DNA of 60,244 nt, filler included, from Deltaproteobacteria bacterium (GTDB taxonomy: Bacteria > Myxococcota > JACRCW01), in assembly GCA_016218805.1 (NCBI GenBank). It is 3 parts of 3 records of this genome, joined end to end, with 100 filler letters (N's around TTAATTAATTAA, not from the genome) between each part and the next. Parts side by side here need not be neighbours in the genome. Positions count along the whole stretch, not along the records: positions 41,693 to 60,244 come from JACRCW010000138.1; 2 more parts are not named here. One strand, written 5' to 3'. The notes under the pieces were generated by a model. The model did no database searches and was not told the DNA's origin. It saw only the letters and a program-made list of their open reading frames with translations. Shown piece after piece: positions 56,698 through 60,244 of this stretch. A program made the translations under genes and the position numbers. Each line of letters begins with the position of its first letter. The stretch's first letter is position 1.

Positions 56698-58969
56698 ACG
56701 CCAGCAGCAGCGCACCCACCGCAGCCAGCAGCAGCCCCAGCCCGAACCGCGGGGGCGTGTATGTCATGCTTACCCGGTGGTCCCCGGGGGGAACCAGGAC
56801 CGCGCGCTGGAAGATGTTGGCGTGCAGCAGCGGGACGCGCGCGCCGTCCACGTCCGCGTGGAACCCGGCGGCGTAGGCCTCCCGGTCCACCAGCAGCGTG
56901 TGCTGCGTGGCGGTGACGCGCACCTCCAGCGTTCCTTCCGTCACCCGCGTCACCTCCAGCCGCGCCGCCGGGTCCAGCGGTGGCAGCGTGACGTCATGGA
57001 CCACGGCGGCAGGCCCCCGGGAATCCGCCAGGCGCAGCGCGGCGGCGCGCGCGTCCGGCACGGTCTCCACGCGGTGCTCCACCGTGACGCGGGGTACCGG
57101 ATCCTGCACGCGTAGGTCCCGCCAGCGGCCCGCCCGCCGCAGGTCCAGCACCATGCGTGGCGCGGCCACGTCACCGGAGACCGGGGTGCCGTCATCCCCC
57201 AGCACCAGCCGCTCCGCACCCAGGCGCCGCAGCACCGTGGCCGCGGCCCCGTTGTCCAGCAGCGGCATCACCTGGGACATGAACACCGTGACGGGCGCCG
57301 GTTCCAGGCGGCTGACGTCGTACGCGGCCACTTCGCGCGCGCCGCCGAGCACGCCGGCGTGCGGCACCGGCAGGGCCACCTGGAGGCGCGCGTTGCTGTC
57401 ATTCTCCGTGCGCGTGGGGTCCAGCACAAACGCCAGCAGGTTCACGTCACCGCCGCGGCCGGCAAACACGCGCTGACCGGGAACCATGGGCGCGTTGATC
57501 TCCTCCGCGGCCCGGGCCAGGCGCTCCACCGGCGTGGTGAGCACCACCGCCTTGAAGGACAGCGTCAGCTCCGCGGCCCCCACGCACACCAGCAACAGGC
57601 CGCGCAGGTCCGGGCGCAACGTGCGCGTGCGCGCGTGCAGCGCGCCCGCGGCCACCATCAGCGCGCCTTCCAGCGAGAACACCAGGATGAACAGGTCCCG
57701 CGCATCCGCGCGCAGGGAGCCCTGCATGCCGGCCACCGCCACGTCCGCCAGCCGCGTAGAAGCAGCAAACATGATGGCGCCCACCGCCGGCACCACCACG
57801 CCCGCGCGCAACGGCCGCCGCAGCGCCAGGGCGCGCGTGCCGGCGCGGGAGGCCGCCAGCAGCCAGAGCAGCGCGGCGGGTTCGGTGAGCTTGTCCGGGA
57901 AGCGCGCACCGGAGGCCTGCCACAGCCAGCCGGTTCCCGGCACCGCGGCCCCACGGGACAGCACCAGCAGCACCAGCGCAGCCACGACGGGCAGCAGGAA
58001 CCGCCGTGAACGGCGCAGGCGCCGGTCCGCTGTGAGCGCGAACATCACGGACAACCACCCGATGAACAGGTTGGCGGCCAGGTTCACCGTTTCGTCGTCC
58101 CGCACCGGAGCGAGTCCCGCGCCCAGCCCCGCGGCCCCGCCCAGCCCCGCGCTCCCGGGCGCCACGGAGTCCAGCAGCGCGGCCCAGGACAGCGCGGCCA
58201 CCGGGTGGCGGTCAACAAACGTGCGGCCGCTGTCGACAATCACGGACACCGCGGGCAGCAGCACCGGCGCGGCAAGCAGCGCGCCCAGGCACCACGCGAG
58301 TCCCGTGCGCTGCAGCGCCGGGACCACGTCTGCGCGGCGGGCCACGATGACGACGACGAGGGCGGACAGCAGCACGCGCGAGAGCAGCAGCGGCGGGTCA
58401 GGCAGCGTGAAGGCGAGCGCGCACGCAACGGCCAGCGCGATCTCCGCGCCGCGGCGGCGCCGGACCACCTGGAACGCGGCGACACCGACCCACGGCAACA
58501 CCGCGTGGCGGAACTGGCCAACGGTCCACGTGGAGGCCACCGGGCCGCACCCCACAAACCCCAGGCCCGCCCACGCGGCGAACGACGGGGACGCGCCAAG
58601 CCGGCGCGCCAGCGCGGAGGCTCCCAGCAGCGCCAGCCAGCAGGAAACGGTCAGCGTCACGCCAAACGCGTGCAGCGGGGGCAGCAGCGCGTACAGCGGA
58701 CCCAGCGGACTGGAGATCTCCGCGGAGGGGTGGTGCCACAGCGGAAGGCCGCCGCCGAGCGCACCGCTCCACCAGGGCCAGCGGCCTTCGCGCCAAGCGC
58801 GGCCCGCCTCTGCGCCAAGGGGGGCACAGAACGTGAGCACGTCCCGGGCGTAGGGGACTTCCTGGCCCAGGAGCACCGGCCACAGCCACACGGTGACCAG
58901 CATGACGGCGAGAATGTCCGGCCAGGGATGGCGGATGCGCGGGAAGACCACCGTCGGAGGATGCCGCAC
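56630..58969 (-). CDS. YfhO-like multi-pass membrane protein (putative GT-C glycosyltransferase)
   Basis: RDV, PWW..GGLP N-terminal motifs, many TM segments, C-terminal YAAGFHADVDG...AVLVPPGDHRV.MTY.P; start uncertain. Confidence 0.75.
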   Translation of the reverse strand: MRHPPTVVFPRIRHPWPDILAVMLVTVWLWPVLLGQEVPYARDVLTFCAPLGAEAGRAWREGRWPWWSGALGGGLPLWHHPSAEISSPLGPLYALLPPLHAFGVTLTVSCWLALLGASALARRLGASPSFAAWAGLGFVGCGPVASTWTVGQFRHAVLPWVGVAAFQVVRRRRGAEIALAVACALAFTLPDPPLLLSRVLLSALVVVIVARRADVVPALQRTGLAWCLGALLAAPVLLPAVSVIVDSGRTFVDRHPVAALSWAALLDSVAPGSAGLGGAAGLGAGLAPVRDDETVNLAANLFIGWLSVMFALTADRRLRRSRRFLLPVVAALVLLVLSRGAAVPGTGWLWQASGARFPDKLTEPAALLWLLAASRAGTRALALRRPLRAGVVVPAVGAIMFAASTRLADVAVAGMQGSLRADARDLFILVFSLEGALMVAAGALHARTRTLRPDLRGLLLVCVGAAELTLSFKAVVLTTPVERLARAAEEINAPMVPGQRVFAGRGGDVNLLAFVLDPTRTENDSNARLQVALPVPHAGVLGGAREVAAYDVSRLEPAPVTVFMSQVMPLLDNGAAATVLRRLGAERLVLGDDGTPVSGDVAAPRMVLDLRRAGRWRDLRVQDPVPRVTVEHRVETVPDARAAALRLADSRGPAAVVHDVTLPPLDPAARLEVTRVTEGTLEVRVTATQHTLLVDREAYAAGFHADVDGARVPLLHANIFQRAVLVPPGDHRVSMTYTPPRFGLGLLLAAVGALLLAFSAARRWPRARPPASPGVLRAP

Positions 58970-59055
58970 CGCCCGCCGGGTTGGCGAGCGATGGCGCCCG
59001 CCTCACCGCAGCGCGCAGCGGTGTGCAGGCACCGCGTTGACCGTGCGGCGCGCCC

Positions 59056-60244
59056 TCACTCCTTGTGGAACTTGCCGTTGTTCTTCGCCATGTCGACGAG
59101 GATCTGCGCCGGCGCGAACCGCAGGCCGTGCTTCTCTTCATACTTGCGCATGCGGCGGACAATTTCGCCGGCACCCACGGTGTCCATGTAGCGGAACGGA
59201 CCGCCGCGGAACGGCGGGAACCCCAGCCCAAAGATGGCGCCAATGTCACCGTCACGCGCGCTGCGCAGGATGCCTTCCTGCAGGCACAGCGCCGCCTCAT
59301 TGACGAACTGCAGGCTCAGCCGCTGCTGGATCTCCTCAACGGGGAGGGTCTTGCGCTTCCGGCCCTGCGGCGTGAGGTCGTAGACGGTGAGGTCCACCTC
59401 CTTGCCACCCTTCTTCTTCTTGGTGTCCACGTAGAGGTAGAAACCCTTCTTGTTCTTGCGGCCCAGGCGCCCGTCCTTGTTCATCGCCTCCATGCCATCC
59501 GGCTGCTTCATCCGCTCGCCAAAGGACGCCTTCATCGTCTTGGCCGCCTTCTCCGCCACGTCAATACCCACCTCGTCCAGCAACTGCAGCGGGCCCACCG
59601 GGTAGCCAAAGTCCACCATCGCCTCGTCAATCTGCCGGATGTCACCGCCCTCGGACAGCAGCCAGGCCGCCTCGTTCACGTACGGCGCCAGGATGCGCGA
59701 GGTGTAGAACCCCGGCCCATCATTGACGACGATGACCGTCTTGCCCTGCGCCTTGCCCAGCGCCACCGCGGTGGCCACCGCCAGGTCGGACGTCTGCTTG
59801 CCGCGGATGACCTCCAGCAGCGGCATCTTGTTGACCGGTGAGAAGTAGTGCATCCCGACGACGTTGCCCGGCCGCGCGCTCGCTTCGGCCAGGCGCGTGA
59901 TGGGCAGCGTGGAGGTGTTGGAGGCAAAGATGGCCGTTGGCTTGGCCACGGCCTCCACGTCCTTGATGATGCGGTGCTTGAGGTCCAGGTCCTCAAACAC
60001 CGCTTCAATGATCACGTCCGCGCGCTGGAAGCCCGCGTAGTCCACTCCGCCGGTGACGCGCGCCAGCAGTTCCTCGCGCTCCATGGGGCTGATGGAGCGG
60101 CGCTTCACGCGCTCATCCAGGATCCCGCGCACCTGCGCCAGGCCGCGGCCCAGGCCCTCCAGGTCCTTCGCCTTGAGGCGCTCCGGAATGCCGCCCAACG
60201 CAGCGCTCACATACGCCATGCCGCCGCCCAGCAGCCCCGCGCCC
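59056..60244 (-). CDS. fadJ: fatty-acid oxidation complex alpha subunit, 3-hydroxyacyl-CoA dehydrogenase part (5'-partial)
   Basis: GAGLLGGG, IEAVFEDL, ASNTS, GMHYFSP, GFYTSR and GLGFPPFRGGPF motifs. Confidence 0.9.
   Translation of the reverse strand, partial: GAGLLGGGMAYVSAALGGIPERLKAKDLEGLGRGLAQVRGILDERVKRRSISPMEREELLARVTGGVDYAGFQRADVIIEAVFEDLDLKHRIIKDVEAVAKPTAIFASNTSTLPITRLAEASARPGNVVGMHYFSPVNKMPLLEVIRGKQTSDLAVATAVALGKAQGKTVIVVNDGPGFYTSRILAPYVNEAAWLLSEGGDIRQIDEAMVDFGYPVGPLQLLDEVGIDVAEKAAKTMKASFGERMKQPDGMEAMNKDGRLGRKNKKGFYLYVDTKKKKGGKEVDLTVYDLTPQGRKRKTLPVEEIQQRLSLQFVNEAALCLQEGILRSARDGDIGAIFGLGFPPFRGGPFRYMDTVGAGEIVRRMRKYEEKHGLRFAPAQILVDMAKNNGKFHKE

Overview
A 60-kb window from a very GC-rich bacterium. 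Gene content suggests a Myxococcota/deltaproteobacterial genome bin: a DUF4388 protein, Cys-rich lipoproteins, MYXO-CTERM-like tails and IF3 with a C-terminal extension. The window is three contigs joined by artificial N44-TTAATTAATTAA-N44 linkers (28595-28694 and 41593-41692), so synteny across the joins is meaningless. Contig 1 is mostly housekeeping: orphan nuoI, DAG kinase, LpoA-like lipoprotein, rsmE, apbE, infC-rpmI-rplT-pheS-pheT, plsC, trpS, vapBC, a divergent lipase/ArsA-pair/SppA cluster and a class V aminotransferase. Contig 2 carries lipoproteins, an orphan ABC permease pair, a PhyH-type dioxygenase, an alpha-2-macroglobulin-like protein lacking the thioester motif, a CtaA-like protein and two Hsp20s. 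Contig 3 carries an SPFH protein, beta-propeller lipoproteins, a barrel/LolA-like/ABC export operon, a YfhO-like protein and a partial fadJ. The most striking unexplained structure is at 44310-47646. Nine phased 22-bp palindromic repeats sit directly upstream of a small gene with a lysine-rich N-terminus. Two ~120-bp non-coding direct repeats bracket this gene, the array and a Cys-rich surface-protein gene, and each repeat ends in a palindrome. TCGA is visibly avoided across the window except in vapB. No rRNA, tRNA, CRISPR array or transposase was seen. All product calls rest on motifs recognised by eye, not on database searches.
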